DNA of 64,000 bases from Lama glama (lineage: Eukaryota): assembly GCA_028534125.1 (NCBI GenBank), contig CM052816.1:23624001-23688000 (forward strand). Direction: 5' to 3'. The notes under the pieces were generated by a model. It was given only the letters and a program-made list of their open reading frames with translations. It was not told where the DNA came from and did no database searches. This document shows positions 13,770-28,761 of this stretch, piece after piece (the stretch's first letter is position 1; each line of letters starts with the position of its first letter). Position numbers and translations under genes: made by a program.

Positions 13770-14290
13770 TTTTTTTCTTCCTGCTTCGAGTTATAATTGA
13801 CACACAGCACAATGTTAAGTTTAAGGTGTACAGCATACTGATTTAACTTAAATACATCATGAAATTATTATACCAAGTTTAGTGAGTTAGTGAATATCCA
13901 TCAACTCACAGATACAAAATGTAGAAAATCTTTTTTTTTCTCTTACGTTTCATCTATGATGTATTTATTACACGTATCATGTTGTACGTTACAGCCCGAG
14001 TACTTACTTATAACTTTAAGTTTGTGCCTTTTGACTCTCTTAATCCAATTCCCCTCCTCCCCGCACCCCTTGCCCCTGGTAACCACAAATCTGATCTCTC
14101 TTCCTGAGTTTTGCTTGCTTTTTTGTTCTGAAACAACACTACAACACTATCTTAGTTTCTGGTACTTAACATAGCAATTCAATGTTTCTATATACTTGAA
14201 AACCATCACCATGGTAAGTCTCATTACCAACTGTCATTATACAAAGGTACTGCATCATTATTTTTATGTTCCCCACAATGCCTTGTCACA
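13770..14290 (-). mobile_element. L1 3' UTR fragment
   Basis: T-rich start, ataattgaca...aagtttaaggtgtacagcat...cccctggtaaccacaaatctgatctc, typical of laurasiatherian L1 3' ends. Confidence 0.8.
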
Positions 14291-15904
14291 CTAGGTCTGG
14301 TATGTATGTACCTGTGTGCATGTACAGATGTATATATTGGTATCCTCATAGGAATTAAGGCAATCAGGGTATTGTGGCTTTCCAATGAATTTTCTGAGAC
14401 TAACATCAAGGACAATAACCAAGCCGTCCCACAACAGCCCTCTGGTATCTCTGCCAGACAGAGGCCAGACCTAAATGGAAATCATTCATTTAGTTAATCC
14501 AAATCCTGGAAACACATAAAGGAACATTTAAAAGGTTGGAGTTTTTCTTTGGTTCATTTTCTATGAAAGTTTAAAAAGTTATTATAAATGCTGACATTTG
14601 TGGACAAGTCCTTCATTTCTCCCTATATGTGTGTCATAATGTTGAAAAATTTCCCCTTCGAGTCACCCTTCCTCCATGGACCAAAAGAAGTAAAAACACA
14701 TCCTGCCTGTTGAGAGCGCCCCAAGACTACATCCTGCTGTTTCACGGTTATTTAATTATGCAATGATTCATCAAGTTCTTATTTAGTCAGAGAATTAGAA
14801 AAAAAAAAAAGAAATCCTAATGAAATCAACACGAAGGCTAAGTTATACCAAGGGGCAGGATTTAGAAAGTTATATTGCTGTTTTTCTTCTTTGCTGGCCC
14901 CTCAGCCTAGCATCTGGATGTTGGTCAGGAATCACTCACCAGTGAGAACGATGAAGAATTTTCAAGATGTGTTGATGGAACATTGGAAGGTGCTCAGTTT
15001 ACCTCTGCCTGCTGGCATTTTCCTGTGTCTGCTTATGGTTTTTATGACAGAGGAGGTTATTTTAAAATCAGAAGACGGTTTTAGAAGTGCTATGGCACTG
15101 AAATGGCATGAAGTCACTCTCAAGACTTCTCTATGAAGTAGACAACAGTCATCATCTTGATTTCGTCCTGGCCGAGGCACACGCTAAGCAACTCCCCTCA
15201 AGTGATACATCAGATAGTTCCGGAGCCAAGTTTGAAACCCAAGCACCCGACCCTTCAACTGCTACCACCAAGAAACCCACGCATATGACACCACTGGCTA
15301 TAGGTGAGTCAGCAGCAAAAGAACTATCCAAACATGAGGCTAACAAGCCAGCGAGCCCGAGACTGGCAGTGGGAAGCGAGGACTTAAAAGGGAGCTCCTT
15401 GGTGCTAGTTCAAAAATGTGCACGTTGCCAGCCTCTCTTCCTCCTTCCTGAGACAATAAGGGAACACAAAAGTGAATGAAATTTTAAGAGGGGAGAGAAC
15501 TGTAGCCGATCATGGAGGAATGAGAGCATAACAGTTTCCTGGAAGTCTGAAAATACATACATGGAAGTCTGCTAATGACAAAGGCAGACCATGAGGGAAC
15601 CAGGATGGAGGTCAAAGCCAAACTCCCCGGCCGAGTCCCAGCACGGCCTGAGCTCAGTCTGCGTCGGCACACGGCACAGGAGCACACAGAGCGTCGACGC
15701 ACACACACTGTTCTTCCTGCCCTCATCCCTTCACAAGATGCATTTAACCTCTTAAAAATCTGTGAAGAGCTGCCTAGAGAACACGACAGTCCTGCGCAGG
15801 TATGGATATCCCGGGAGTCATTCTGGCTGTGAAGGAAGAGTTTAAGAGCTGGGAAGATACTCGGTATGCTGTTGTAATGATGGGTGTGTATAATTTTAAG
15901 CTGT

Positions 15905-16160
15905 ATGTAATTCACTCAGCAAACCCATAAAACATACAATGCTAAGAGGGAACCTCAAGGTCAACTAAAATTTTGGATGATTATGACGTCTTAATACACG
16001 TTCATTCTTGATTTAAAAAAAGGTACCCATTCTAGCGAGAGATGCTGATCATGGGGGACGGCTATGCACGTGTATGAGGAGGGGTAGGTGGTACGTCTCT
16101 GTACCTCCCTCTCAATTTTGTTGTAAACCAAAAACCTTCTCTCAAAGTACTAAGTCAAAT
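15905..16160 (+). mobile_element. L1MB-like 3' end
   Basis: aaacccata...gaacc...tctctgtacctccctctcaattttgttgtaaaccaaaaac pattern. Confidence 0.7.
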
Positions 16161-16569
16161 TTTTTTTTTATACAAAATAGAGGGGAAGAAAGGTATGAAA
16201 GTAGACTTAGGAATGGCACTAAAGAAGATCAGCAGAATGAATGAGTCTGATGTACCTTGATTTTATGGATCCAATCGGCCTAAATTTCATGTATTCTGGG
16301 TTTAAAAAATTCCAAATATTCATGTGGTCGAACAGTGGAGCAACCTGTCAAGATAACTCTTCTCCAAAGATCATTAAAAGAATAGAAACTCGTTTTATCC
16401 TTCAGTGGCTTAGAAGTGGTTCTACTTTCTTGGGTAAACAGAACAGAGACTCTAGCTTGTATATAAGCCTGCTCCTCCAATTTCTGCCATTTGGTATAAA
16501 AACTGGGAAAACATTTTTGCACACATTTTGCTAAAACCATCCTAAAATATTCATATTGCTGGTTCACAA

Positions 16570-16910
16570 GTTACCCCCACTACATGGAAGGCAAGGAGAG
16601 ACCACAGAAAGAGGCAGACCACTCCAGATTGGTAAAGGACAGTTCTATTAAGCGAGGGAACTTACTTACTAGGCTGACTTGGGCAAGCGTTTCCCCACCA
16701 ACATCTTCAAGTTCACAGACAGGGCTTACCTCAGTTTAGCCCAGATGCTCCCAACACAGTACTCTCATTCTTACCCCCTAGTGATAGCTGTGGCTGCTCG
16801 AACAGTGGGCCCAAGGTTTCCCACATCCAGCTCTCTGGGCAACCCAACTGGTGGTCACATCCTCTCAGTGGCCCCTCCTCTAACATACTTGCTGTTCCTC
16901 AAGCTGGCTT
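16570..16910 (-). mobile_element. MER74-like ERVL LTR fragment
   Basis: ggagagaccac..aaagaggcagaccactccaga...aagc.agggaacttac motif recalled from MER74. Confidence 0.6.
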
Positions 16911-19849
16911 GTTAGCAGGTCTAGATGGGAAAACTGGGTTTCTATCAGGGTGCATTTCCTCCTGACAATTACAGATGGCATCTGCGACCTGATTATGTAT
17001 CTGTGGTCTTTGGCAGAAATCCAGCTTTGTCCATCGTGAACGTGTCCCATGTGAAATTGTTCCAGACTTGTTTACTGTCTGCAGTTTATTTTAGTAACAA
17101 GAGGTCCCAGAAGGGAGCAAGGAAATCAGAGTTTGGCTCTGGCTTGGCACCTGAGTGAAAGCTTCAGCAAAGCACCTCATCTCCCTAAACCTCCCTGAAC
17201 TTAGTGAAAATGCCATGGAACTACTTCCATCATGAAGGGTGAAACATGTCTTCTTTGGTACATGTCTCAGTATGGCAACATAATTAGCTTAAGCCCAACC
17301 ATTCGTGTAACACCAATTCTTAAGCACTGTTGCCAAAGAACACCTGTTCCACCTCATGGTGGCTGGAACTCTTCATATTTTGGAAGGCAATCTGCAGTGT
17401 CCTTCTCCATTCCTGAGTCATCTAGCTGCTTCTGGACTTCCTCCCCCACTGAGGCCTGTGGTCCCACAGCTTATCTTAAGAACCAGATCTCCTTTGAATT
17501 TGGCCTATAATTTGAAGACTTTCCTTTTCATTCTTTCAAGCAATTTATTTTAAACTTAAAAAATGGCAACTGATCAGCTTTTTGTAAAGAAAACAAAACC
17601 AAACCCCACAAACCACAGACTGTTTGAGATTATACTCCAAAACTTTAAGATGTCAGGTAAAGTTCCAGAATGGTAAATCCCATTAACTTTGATAAAATTT
17701 GATGAAAGTTCACTTCCTTTTTAAAGGATTAGAAGGGAAATTCTAACATTTCCAGCAAAGGCAAACTTAACAATAGTTCAGGTTGGAGACCCAGGAACAT
17801 TGTCACTCAGCAAAAGCCAACGCCATGAAGAGCACAAGGGAAAGTGCTCCTACTCTTACAAAACACATGTCCTTGTATGTACCTCTTAATTTCCTTAACC
17901 CTCAGTTTTCACTTCTGTCAAATGGGGATATTGTTAAATTCCATCCACATGGGAGTTATTCAGAGGAATCATTAGAATCGTGTTGTAGCAGTGAAGCCTG
18001 TAGTTAAAGTACACAGTTAAGAGCTGGCGTGAGAATTAGTGACAGTTTTGCTCCTATCCAAGGCAAACCATCGACCCATCTGGGCCACAGATTCACTTAC
18101 CTGTAAAACAGGAACTACACAAAACCATGTAATTTCTCTATCAACCATGAAATTTTCTGAATTAAGAACTGCAAGCTGGGTAAATTCATGACTGGATAAG
18201 CATGTGAGGCTGGGTGAAATGAGCATCTTGGTCTCACAGAGCCTGCCAGAGGCACAACTTAATCCTGCTGGCCTCCTACATGCCAAGTAACACGCTAAGC
18301 TCTGAATTAAAAACGTATTTAAAAACTGATTAAAAGTGGCTTTCCCTTCCAGAACTTTCTCATCAATAACACTTTGTACTGAAATAAACAGTACTCTTTA
18401 AGGGAGAAAAAAAAAACACAAAGCACATTTAAGTACACCGGTATCTGACTAGTTTACAAAACAAATCTCTAGTGTTTCATTAGCAAGTGCAGCTGCTTTC
18501 TCGCTGTTTTATCCCCGCACATTTTTTCAACATGATATGTATGTCTCCACTGTCCTATGTCTCCACGATACAAGACAACAAACACACTTCTTGCACAATA
18601 GTTTAAAGTCTATGCAAAAATCATTACTTGAAAGTAATCTTTTTAGGGCAGTTTACAAGAAACGTGGGGATATGTTTATATATACACATTATCTATTCAT
18701 ATGACTATATAAGTTCATATTCATGTGTTTAATTTCCTTTCAGAAACTATGAAGGGGAAAGGAAAAACAAACATGTACTCAGAGACACATTTTCGCATCT
18801 GTGTATGGTTAGGATGGTATTTTTATGACTATCATGTCATCAAAGAGGGGAGTGTCAAAGCTCAGGGTACGTTCATGGGGGAAAGAATGGTCTCAGGGAT
18901 TTTTCTGTAAGAGGAAATCTCTTAGGCCCTGAAGAATGCTTTCTGAACTCCTGCTAACGTTCAACATTTTGTGGATGGAGGAAAGTTCTGTACTGAAGTC
19001 CCAGAAAGAAGTAGAACATCCACTTTTCTTTGAGAACTTCCTGTCAGCAGCTAAGAAAGGCAGGTCTGAGAGCTTGTAGCGGAGCGCTGGTGACCCTGGT
19101 GCCACAGGCAGGTAGAAACACACACTTTCCCAGAAAGAGCGACCAGGAAGCAGAGAAGAGGGGCCACTGAGGTCTACCTCGTCATCTTATCTAATGTTAG
19201 GTCACGACCATGCTTGAAGTGTCACCATTCATGTACATTTAAAAACTTATCTTAAATTGGCAACTAAGGATCAACAGGATTTGCATATGTATTTAGGACT
19301 CACTAGACAGTTTAAATTTTTTAATTAAAAAAGTTTAATTTTCATGTGTTCATTTTGATGCTGAATACTAAGAAAATTTGTTTTGCTACCGAAGAGCCAA
19401 AATTGTTCTTTTGCAGTGGCACTTATACTTGGAAGACACTTCCAGAGAAATGAGGTATCAGTGCCTCCAGTTAGTACTTGTCAAAGCAAGGTCCTCGGAG
19501 CCTTGAGGTCTGAGAGATCGTTCCCCCGGAGCACGGATGGCTCAAGTTTGACTTGACAACAAAGTAGGAAAACCTACAAAGAAAACAACTGTTGACACCG
19601 ATGGTGACCTAGCGGTTTCCTTTCAGTCTGAGTTAGATTCTGAAAAAAAAGTCTACAGACAGCCCTTCAAGCACTGCTCAGCGTGAACCTGTGCGGAGGA
19701 CGGAGAAAGCCTCTGCAGTCCTGGGACAGCAGTTAGGCCAGGGGAGATGCTTCTTTGGAGACAGTGATGAAACAACTTAAAATGTACCACGATACACGCT
19801 TCAAGCCCTATTGCATTTACCCCGTTTTCCAGTATGTGGCCACTGCCCT

Positions 19850-20000
19850 CAGAACCACTTGCGACAACTTGAAAAAATAAAGAGGGCTGGCCCAGTCCCA
19901 GACCTTCTGAATCACCGTTTCTTGGGCAGGGGCCTGAAAATCTGCTTTCTACTAATTGCCCCAGGTCATTCTGATGCACACAGAGATTAGAAGCACCACT
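19850..20000. mobile_element. MER5A-like DNA transposon
   Basis: cccagacct.ctgaatca...ggggcc..aatctg...ccagg.cattctgatgcaca...tagaagcaccact. Confidence 0.7.
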
Positions 20001-23000
20001 CAGGGTTAACAGGTTCTTGTGCAACACCACCGCCCCTTCCCCAGCATAACCCCATCCCTTCCTCCCCGCTACACCAGTAAGGTAAAACACACACTGAAAA
20101 TGGTGGCATCAGACACAACTCGAGACTGTGTTATGATCCAGAGGCACCAGTGATGCGAGAAATGTCTCCGCAGCTTCTTTATTAGTTTTCCCATTCTTGA
20201 AATTCTCAGAATGCTTCATTGCCAGGAGACATTTGGAAAAAAGATGTTTAGAAAGTCAAGTATTAGCATGACATAATGATGACTGTGAAGTTAATACACA
20301 GTCATACATTCTTGTATACAGCTAAGGCCTCTGTGACCCAATGTCAAAAAACTTAAGACAGCAGAAAATTGTTTCATCAAAATATTTCAACCTGGTATGA
20401 TATTTAAAAAAGAACAAGTGTTCATCTGTGAACTAGAATAAATTAAGTAACCTGTATTTCTGGTAATGTAAGAAAGGATATTCACTGGAGAATTTTGGAC
20501 AACAGTGAAAAGCATAAAGAACAAACCAGAATACATTAAATAAGTATCAGTCTCAACTAGACAGTCAACTCTGTCAGCAGATTTTTGCTCCAGGCATTGC
20601 TGTGTACACAGTGCTCTGATGTGGTCCTGACACTCAAAATGGCTATTCAGTACTTAGTATGATTAAAAAGTCAATGTAACTATTGATATTTTGGCCAATC
20701 CCCATCCATGTCTCCTCCCTCATAAACAAGGAGCATCCTTTTATTTAAATATCCCTTAATGTTTCACTCCCTAGAATTCACTAGAATTTAAAGAATATGT
20801 CTACATACTTTGTTCTAATTCACCATCTGTCCCTCTGGAAAGTTTGTATTAATATACACACAAAATCGCATTAGACTGGAGTTTTGTTTGTTCGTTGGAT
20901 TGTTCTTCCAAGCACTGTAGACATTAATAGCTTCCTATTTTCACTTACATTTTTGATAGTCAAATTTTTCATGCTGTGGTCATTTGCATTCTTCTTTGGT
21001 AAATGCCTGGTAATTTTGTATTTGCCCATATTCCCGATATGAAAAAAATGATGCCATTTTTAAAAATTGGTAACAAGTCTCTACATTAAAAAGTGTAAGT
21101 TCTTTCTAATTATATGTTGCAGAATCTTCCCCAGTTGATGTCTGCTTTTTAATATTACAGGGTTTTGTCCAATGTAAGATTTCAGATATGTTGTGGTTAC
21201 ATTTCTTAGTGATTTATTACTTTCTTCAACTCCGAGACAGGCACATTTGATTACTTGAAGCTTATCTGCTCAATACATATGGGGGATCATTAGTTCAACT
21301 TGGTGAAGGGGTCTCCATTTTGGGAAATGTGGCCTGACTTTTGGTATCAAACTGAGTAAATGAATATGGTTATGCTGTAACTTCAAAATGATGAAAAATG
21401 TGTGAATAGTTGATCAGGTAGTGAATTAATAATTTTGATGAAAGAGACACAAGTTACAAGCACGCATATTTGGAATACTTTTTTGCAGTGTGGTCCTTCA
21501 ATAATCTCATTCTCTCTTCCTTAACCCTGAGTAAGGCAAGCTTACAAAATGAGCCCTCACCCTCTGACTCTGGTGGTTATCTTCCTAAATTTACTTTATT
21601 ATTGGATATTCCCCATCTCTTACTTCTGGTCTCTCTGCCACTATAGATGAACTTTAAATGTATGCCCAGTCTGCTCTGTCAGTTAGCTTCTGAGTGTGGT
21701 TCCTTGAGACACCATAAACAGCATATTTAGATGCAAGCTTTCATTCCCCTCAACTTACCAGGTCACCCTGTCTGTCCTCATTTTAGTGCTGACAGTAAAA
21801 TCGGCTATCATGAGAGTGCAACTCAATTCAGTTCAATTTTCTTTTTAAAAGGACAAAAGGAATTGCCTCCATATTGCTTTGAAAATGACCTAGAAAGTAG
21901 GTCCAATTCAGGATAGTGAAAATTCACTTTGGTTTTCATTTCAGGTAAAATAATACATGTAAATAATTTACTATAAAACTTAAACAGTTCCATCACAATA
22001 TTACTTCCAAACTTTGTATACAGTTGTGACATCATAGAACTGTAGTAGAATTCACTGGAGAAAAATGCATTGTTATATTATAGCTTTGCCAAAAGTCTCT
22101 ATCTGATTAAATTATGTTTCCTAGCATTTCCTAAACTGATACAGTGTCTGATTCCATTTTTTTTTAAATGGACACCTCAAGCTAAAAAATTAGTTTTACT
22201 AAATACTCTCACTAAAACACAAAGTTTTTATTGTATATGATGTAATTGATTACTAGCAGGAATTATGGGTTAGTTTCACTTTTGAATTCTTAGATGAATT
22301 AGAATTTCCCTCCAGAAGAGGTAAACGCCTTAAGAGAGAACAATTTTTTTTATGTCTCTGTATCCTCAGAATTCATCTGACATGTAGAACACACACAAGG
22401 ACACAGCAATGTTAAAAAAAAATGCATCTGCAAAGAGAAGGATGGCTGGAGACAAAACTCAACCAGGAGAAAGAAAAAGTTTTTAAATTAGCCCTACCAG
22501 CTCAGCTTCAGATTTTTGACTATTTATAATAAAGAGAAGTAAACAGGTTGGAAAGCCAGGCTGCCAGCCGAGTCATGGAGCTTCACTGCAGTCGCCCGTG
22601 TCCTCTCCCCCTCACAGGCTTCACTGCTTCCCCAGTGCAGAGGGAGGCAGGAAATACAAGTGTTCAAATTCACGCATTTATGAAGAACACAGATGAGTAC
22701 TTTGAAATCCTTTCAGGAATTTATATCAAACACCGTGTGTTTCTTACAGCGAAAGAGAGTAGGCACACCAAATAAAAATGATTTTGATTTATAAATTCGT
22801 ATTTTACTAAATAGTACATGACAAGTTCTTTTTTCATACCTTCGTTCAGCTTGCCTTTGAGGCCACCAGGTTTTTGAGCTTTGGTTTCAAAACCAACAAC
22901 ATCCCCTCAAGGCTCTGAGGGGATCTGAACGGCCTTGATGCGGCGGCCTGGTTCGGAAGACAGGGAAGCCCACCGGCCAGGCCGCTGGTGGAGGAGATAA

Positions 23001-23429
23001 ACCTGCATTTCAGTGTCTCATCCATAAAGGAAATTGGATGCATTGACTTCCAAAGTGGCATTTACTGAGAAAGTCTTAGATTTCTAATTAAGCACATTCA
23101 CCTCCTCTCAGTGTATTTCACCATCTAGGTTTATTACAATTCACATAAAAGTTACATGCTTTCCACAAGCAAGAACAGAACAGAAAGCCAGGGGAAAACA
23201 GAATCCCAAAGGGATGTGAAAACACTGGAACCCCTTTCACTGAGCTATTACCATTTTCTTCAACTTATATCTAGATTACATGATCCATTTTCATAAAGCA
23301 AAAGCTGAGATATCATCAGAATTTAAACCCCACAAAGGCAGGGACTTCACTTTTCTGTAAATGGAGACCTATGTGGAAGATAAACAGTAAAACCTGAGCT
23401 CATGAGATATGTAAAGGAACACGTAAGCT

Positions 23430-23519
23430 CTGTACAGAAAAACTGAGTCACTATCCTGCACACCAGAAATTAACACAACATTGTAAACGGACTATTCTTC
23501 AATTTAAAAAAAAAGAAAA
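23430..23519 (+). mobile_element. Very short L1 3' tail
   Basis: acaccagaaattaacacaacattgtaaacggacta..cttcaatttaaaaaaaaa, homologous to the L1 end at ~13320-13380. Confidence 0.75.
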
Positions 23520-26129
23520 GTGAGCTGCTCTGGCTAAAGGAGTGGTGAGAGCCTTATTTCCACAGTACGCCCCAAGGGGGTGCCATAGAGCTTCCAGTGC
23601 AGGTGTTCCCTGCCTGGGATCCAAGCATGCTTGTCCCAAGATATGATGTTCCAGCCCTGAGCAGCCAGGGCATGTGAGCATGTGGCCCCTCCTGGACAAG
23701 CTTCATAAGCTTACCCTAAAGTACTCTAGAGATGTTAGTGTTTCTTCTTGGCTTCCACTGTAACACAAAGATTGAAAACCACTGTAGCACCGAACAGCTA
23801 AATTAGCCTGTTAAACTTGAGTACAGGTTTGCCACCAACGGAAGGACCTTAGTATGGATTTTACCACCTGGAACCACAGGCTCATCCACCAGCTTGCCCC
23901 ACAACCCTGAATCAACTGAACTGCTCAATTCAACTGCTCAGTTTGTCCAGGGGTCCCACCTATAGACTGTGATTTCACTGACATAGTCATGCTCTGGGTA
24001 CTGTAGATTCTAACAGCTGTCCACGCGATTCAAGTTGGAAGCAAAATATGAGACCACTGCTTTAGAAAGCTTATTGAAACTGAAATAGCGAAGACCAACT
24101 AGTAAACCCTGAAGGAGGAGGAACTAGAGGAGTACCATGTGCAGGGGATGAGCTGCCTCCACAGACAGGTCTCACTGCCTGTGGACCAAAATCTAAGTCA
24201 GGCTTTCTGTTTTCTCTAAAGATGTGCAAGTTCTGCATCCCCCTGTGGTGGCAACCAGGTGAACTCGGTGGGGCCGGCCCCTTTAGAAGGTACACACACT
24301 TTCTCATGGGCCAGGCTTACCTGTCCCATTTCATTGATTCGTCCTGCCTGCCTCGCCCTGGGGGCGACTGCACTCGTGCGCTCTGGGTTACGCAACGCCT
24401 ACTGCTCACTGACTCCAGGTCACCTGGCACGACTAGCAACCCCCCGGCAGAGCTGTCTCTTATCAGTACATAAAATGAACTGGCCTACTCAGTAGCCTTT
24501 TTAGACATTGCCCTGCTATTCGTATAATGAGCTGTCCTTCCCCACATATTTAGGAATATTCAAGGCCATACAATTAATGGGAGAGCCCACAAAATGGGGC
24601 TCAGTCACCCCAGCTCCAGGTACATACCCTCTGCGTACTCGGGTAAGGGGAACCTGACAACATTATGGGAATTAGGTAAGTCACAGCATCCAGCCAAGCG
24701 CCTGGCTCAGGTAAGTGATGTCAAGCTGCTATGAACGGCCCCTTTTGTTCCTACGCCCGTCACCTGTGTTGGGCATGCCCAGTGCAGGTTGTGTAGCCGT
24801 TTTCAGACAACTCGACTGTAAGCTCCTTCAAGAGACTATAAAGCTTGCAGTAAAATTTCCTATCCTGTTAAAGAAGCAAAAGCCAGGAAATGTTATAAAC
24901 ACTGAACCAAACCAAAATACACATTATCATGGTATACTGTAATTATAGCTATTAAACCAAACCAACCAGCCAACCGCCAAATTCCACCAGAAAGAATTAA
25001 AATGAAAAGGCTCTGGACTCAAAAAGCCCTCACCGACCGAGCCCCGATCCCCAGCATTCTGCAAGTCTGTCCAGCACATCACCTGTGTGCGCGTCACTGT
25101 GTGGCCTTTGCTTGCTCCCACTACCCGGGTTCCTTCAGGACAGCTCTCTCGTCTAGACAGTCCCTGGCCGGAAGGCTTTCACAGGGAGGGTGGTGGGCAA
25201 AGCGGCACTGAAATAACAAATTAACCCACACGTACACTCCCAGACTCCTGGTAGCTAAGGCTTGCTTGCATATTGCTTGTGTGTTAAACATCAAAGTCTA
25301 CGCTCCAGTCCATCAGTGACAGAGCAGCTTTTGCTGCATGATGTTAATATAAGTAAAACCCTATGCACCGGAACATGTTTCCACATCCCAAGTTGCTAAA
25401 ACAGTTTTGTGTACAACCCAATTTTAATAGTGACAGCATGACTGTTACTGTGGACCCAAATCATGTAACATCTCCCCAGGTATGTTTCATTTATGTATTT
25501 ATTAATTCTTTCAATCAAGTAGCAGTTTAAGGAGTAAAGAGTAGACGTTTAACTTGCCTGAGAAGTTTCAGGCTCATCCTAACGTACTGTTCTTCAGCAA
25601 AACTTGTGAATTCAGAACTTATTCTAATATCTAAAATAACTAAAATGTGTTTCACAAGACTGAGCAATGAGCTCTCATTCATTTGTTCTTGAAAAATCTC
25701 AAACAGTGCATTCAATCTAAAAATCTCTAAGCTGGTCCAGATATTCCATGAAAGGTGATCATTTTTTAAATAAATGCCCTTATGCCTTATTCAATCATTA
25801 GATTTTTTATGTTTATCAAAGAAAAAGAAAGTGAGATAAACTTTCTTAGTCATGCCTTTATAACTGCATGTGTGTTTTCTAAGATACGTCTCAAAATGAT
25901 AAAGGGCATCCTTGATGAACCAACACAATGGTTCGTCTTCTCCCTCCTAAGAATCCATTTAACACTTGAGGGCCATCAGCCACACTGTGTCTGTGCTGCT
26001 TGGTTTTGTGAAAATTGAGGCTCACTTTTTAGCCTTGGCAACCTGTGAAGGTTTTCTGAAGGTTTTCAGGAAAGTGTTTAACACCTAGCATCTTGATGAA
26101 GCGGTAGTTATGTTTTGTCCTCTCACCCA

Positions 26130-26676
26130 ACCTCATTTCCCATAGGCGAGAACCGAGGAGTCTCTCAGAAAGGCTTGTTGAAGACAGCCACAGAGAGCTA
26201 GGACAAGAACCAGAAGGCTGCCCGACCCTGCCCCTCTGCTGCAGTGCACCGCGGGCATCCGTCTGCTGGGAGCCAAGTCCTCCCTGGAGTTCTTGCAGTC
26301 CCTCCAGGGCTTCCGGGTGTGCCGTGTCCTCAGAGCCCTGACCGCTTCTACCCAGGCCATTTCTCAGTCTTGCTTATGCAGCTGGTAACCTTGAGAGGCG
26401 AGGAAACAGCTCCTTTTGGACAAAGCGCAGGCTTGCGTACTGCTTGCTATACAAGTTCAGCGTGGGCCCACGAGCGCACGGCACCCACCTGACACACACT
26501 GCATCGCCCCTGTGGGACAGGTGCGAAGGGCATCAGTGCTACTACTCATGCTGCTCGCACAGTGAAGTCCTTGTCTCTGCTCCAGGAACGTCATGTCTTC
26601 TGCCAGCATCCGCACAGCAGTAACATGCTCGTCCGTTAGCTTGTAAGAAGTGCACAATCAAATCCCAAGCCTGACA
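26130..26676 (+). mobile_element. MER77-like ERVL LTR
   Basis: gtccttgtctctg..ccagga..tcatgtcttctgccagcatcc...gttagcttg.aag...tgaca 3' end; 5' boundary approximate. Confidence 0.65.
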
Positions 26677-28761
26677 CTTATTTTACTTCAAAATTCTGTT
26701 TACAGGGTTTTGTAGCCAATGACTTAATTAGATGTATTCAGAACATGTGAGACTAGTAGATATGGAAAGTAGACAAGGGCTATTGGTATATGTGTGTTCC
26801 TGTTCCTCTTAATTCTAAGCAGCTTTTACGTGAATTTTGGTCCTAATCATGTCACTGAAGCCTTTTTATTTCACTGATCTCACAGCTAACTAAAATTATC
26901 AGGTTTTTAAAAGAGACAGATTTAGTTTTAAGTAAGTATAGTTATTCTGTAATTAAAATATGCAGTAAGTAATTTGTCAAAGTCAATATTCACCACAGAT
27001 AAATTAAGTTTCATTTATCTCTGGAAGATCTGAATACAGAAGCTGGGTGGGTTGACAGAATTTCTGGCTAAGAAACTTACTTTTTTGATGTGCAGCTGTA
27101 TCAATTTAGTTAACATTCAAAAGAAGATTAAAGCGAGCAAGATGGGTGGCATATAATGGAACCTGTGTCTTTCTCAATGAGCTCACTAAAGACGTATTTA
27201 AAAATGCTAAGTCGTTTTTTAAAAAAAAAAAAGCTCTTTATAGCCAACAGCATAGAGAAAGTTGTCTATATAAATTAAAACAAAACAAAGCCTTGGGAAT
27301 AAAGAATTTCCATTTTCCACTCAAGCCTCATGCGTCGTGGTTGCCATGACTTGCTACAGGAGTGTCCCCCTTGCAGGATGTCTGGATCACGTGACGGCAA
27401 CACAGGGGACTAGTTACAGCAGTTACCGCACAGTTTCTAAATTCTAAGTTAAAATCTGCATTTAAGACCTCAGGCTTCCCACTTCCCACCAGGTGGATGA
27501 CCTTGGGCAAGTTAATCACTTAACCCTCCAGTTACATCACAGGGTCGTTATGGGGATTGAGTCAACAGGTATAAAACATGGAGATACCTGGCACATTTCC
27601 TAATGTAATGGACACTCACATGTTAAACTTGATTCGCTTTGAAAAAGCCTGACGCGCAGAACTAAGAACTGCAAAGACCCTTACACAGGGCACCGTTTAG
27701 TCCCATCTCTTCATCACGCAGATGAGACATTTGCCCCAGGTGCTGAAGTTATGAAGACTCAAGCCTGGTCAGCCATTTGAAAGCTTCCCCTTATACAGTG
27801 CATCACACATCCCATGGCTCTTCCTCCAGTACTGAAAGAAAATCCCCTGTTCTTCCCTCTCCTGCCAAAACCCTCCAACAAGAGCCCCAATCATTTTTTT
27901 TAATATGCAAAGAAAGGTATGTGACAGATACAAACACACATAATGTTATATCTAAACCATGCTGTCTACCTGCAGGAATAAACTGCTGAAATCTAATGTG
28001 GACATCAGAGGACACAGTGTAAATTTTGCCAAATTCTCCAAAAGAAAAAAAGCCCTTACTGGCATACAAACAACACAACAAAAAGATAACATATGGGTAA
28101 CAGCTAACAATTTACACCTGCCTTCTTCACTGGTTTCATGCATTCTTTCTGGGGTCTTAATTTCTTGGAAAAATCTCCACATTTCCAGCATATACAAAGC
28201 ATTCCACATTTTTAGTTGGGGCTGCCAAACAGGCTATTTCGAAGGCACAATATGCATTTTCCAGAAGCCCAATTCAAAGCTGCATGTATTCAAAATACTT
28301 TAACAACGAGCAGTTGTGTATTAACCATAGGTTCTGAGACACATCACTTTTCATTTCTTGCATTTACTGTCTCAAGTGGGAGGAACAATGTAACCAGGAA
28401 GCAGCTGCACGAACAATGAACAAAATGAAGCCGAGGGACTTCTATAGCTGAGTTGGAAAATACACCGTGCAACTAACAATTAAATTATCAAGAAACAAAG
28501 CCCCATTTATGACAGGTATGCTCTAGGTTGACTATTTTCTGCAATGAAAAAATACAAAAAGCTAACTTTACAATGAAAAATGCTGTATTATTAACACAAT
28601 GGACATACATTTTTCCTCCCGTCCCACTTTCCTGGAAATAAACAGAAGCTAAGGGGAATGTAAAATACATTCTCTTGACGGCATCCCACTTATTTCCTTC
28701 CTCCCTTCTTATAAACATGACTGCAAATCAAAAACAAAAAAAAAACCACCACCAAAAACAC

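Noticed and set aside
14900..15480. Assignment as a specific processed pseudogene (a loose resemblance to UIMC1 was considered)
   Set aside because: Similarity by eye is too weak and non-collinear, and no polyA tail or TSD was seen. Left unassigned.
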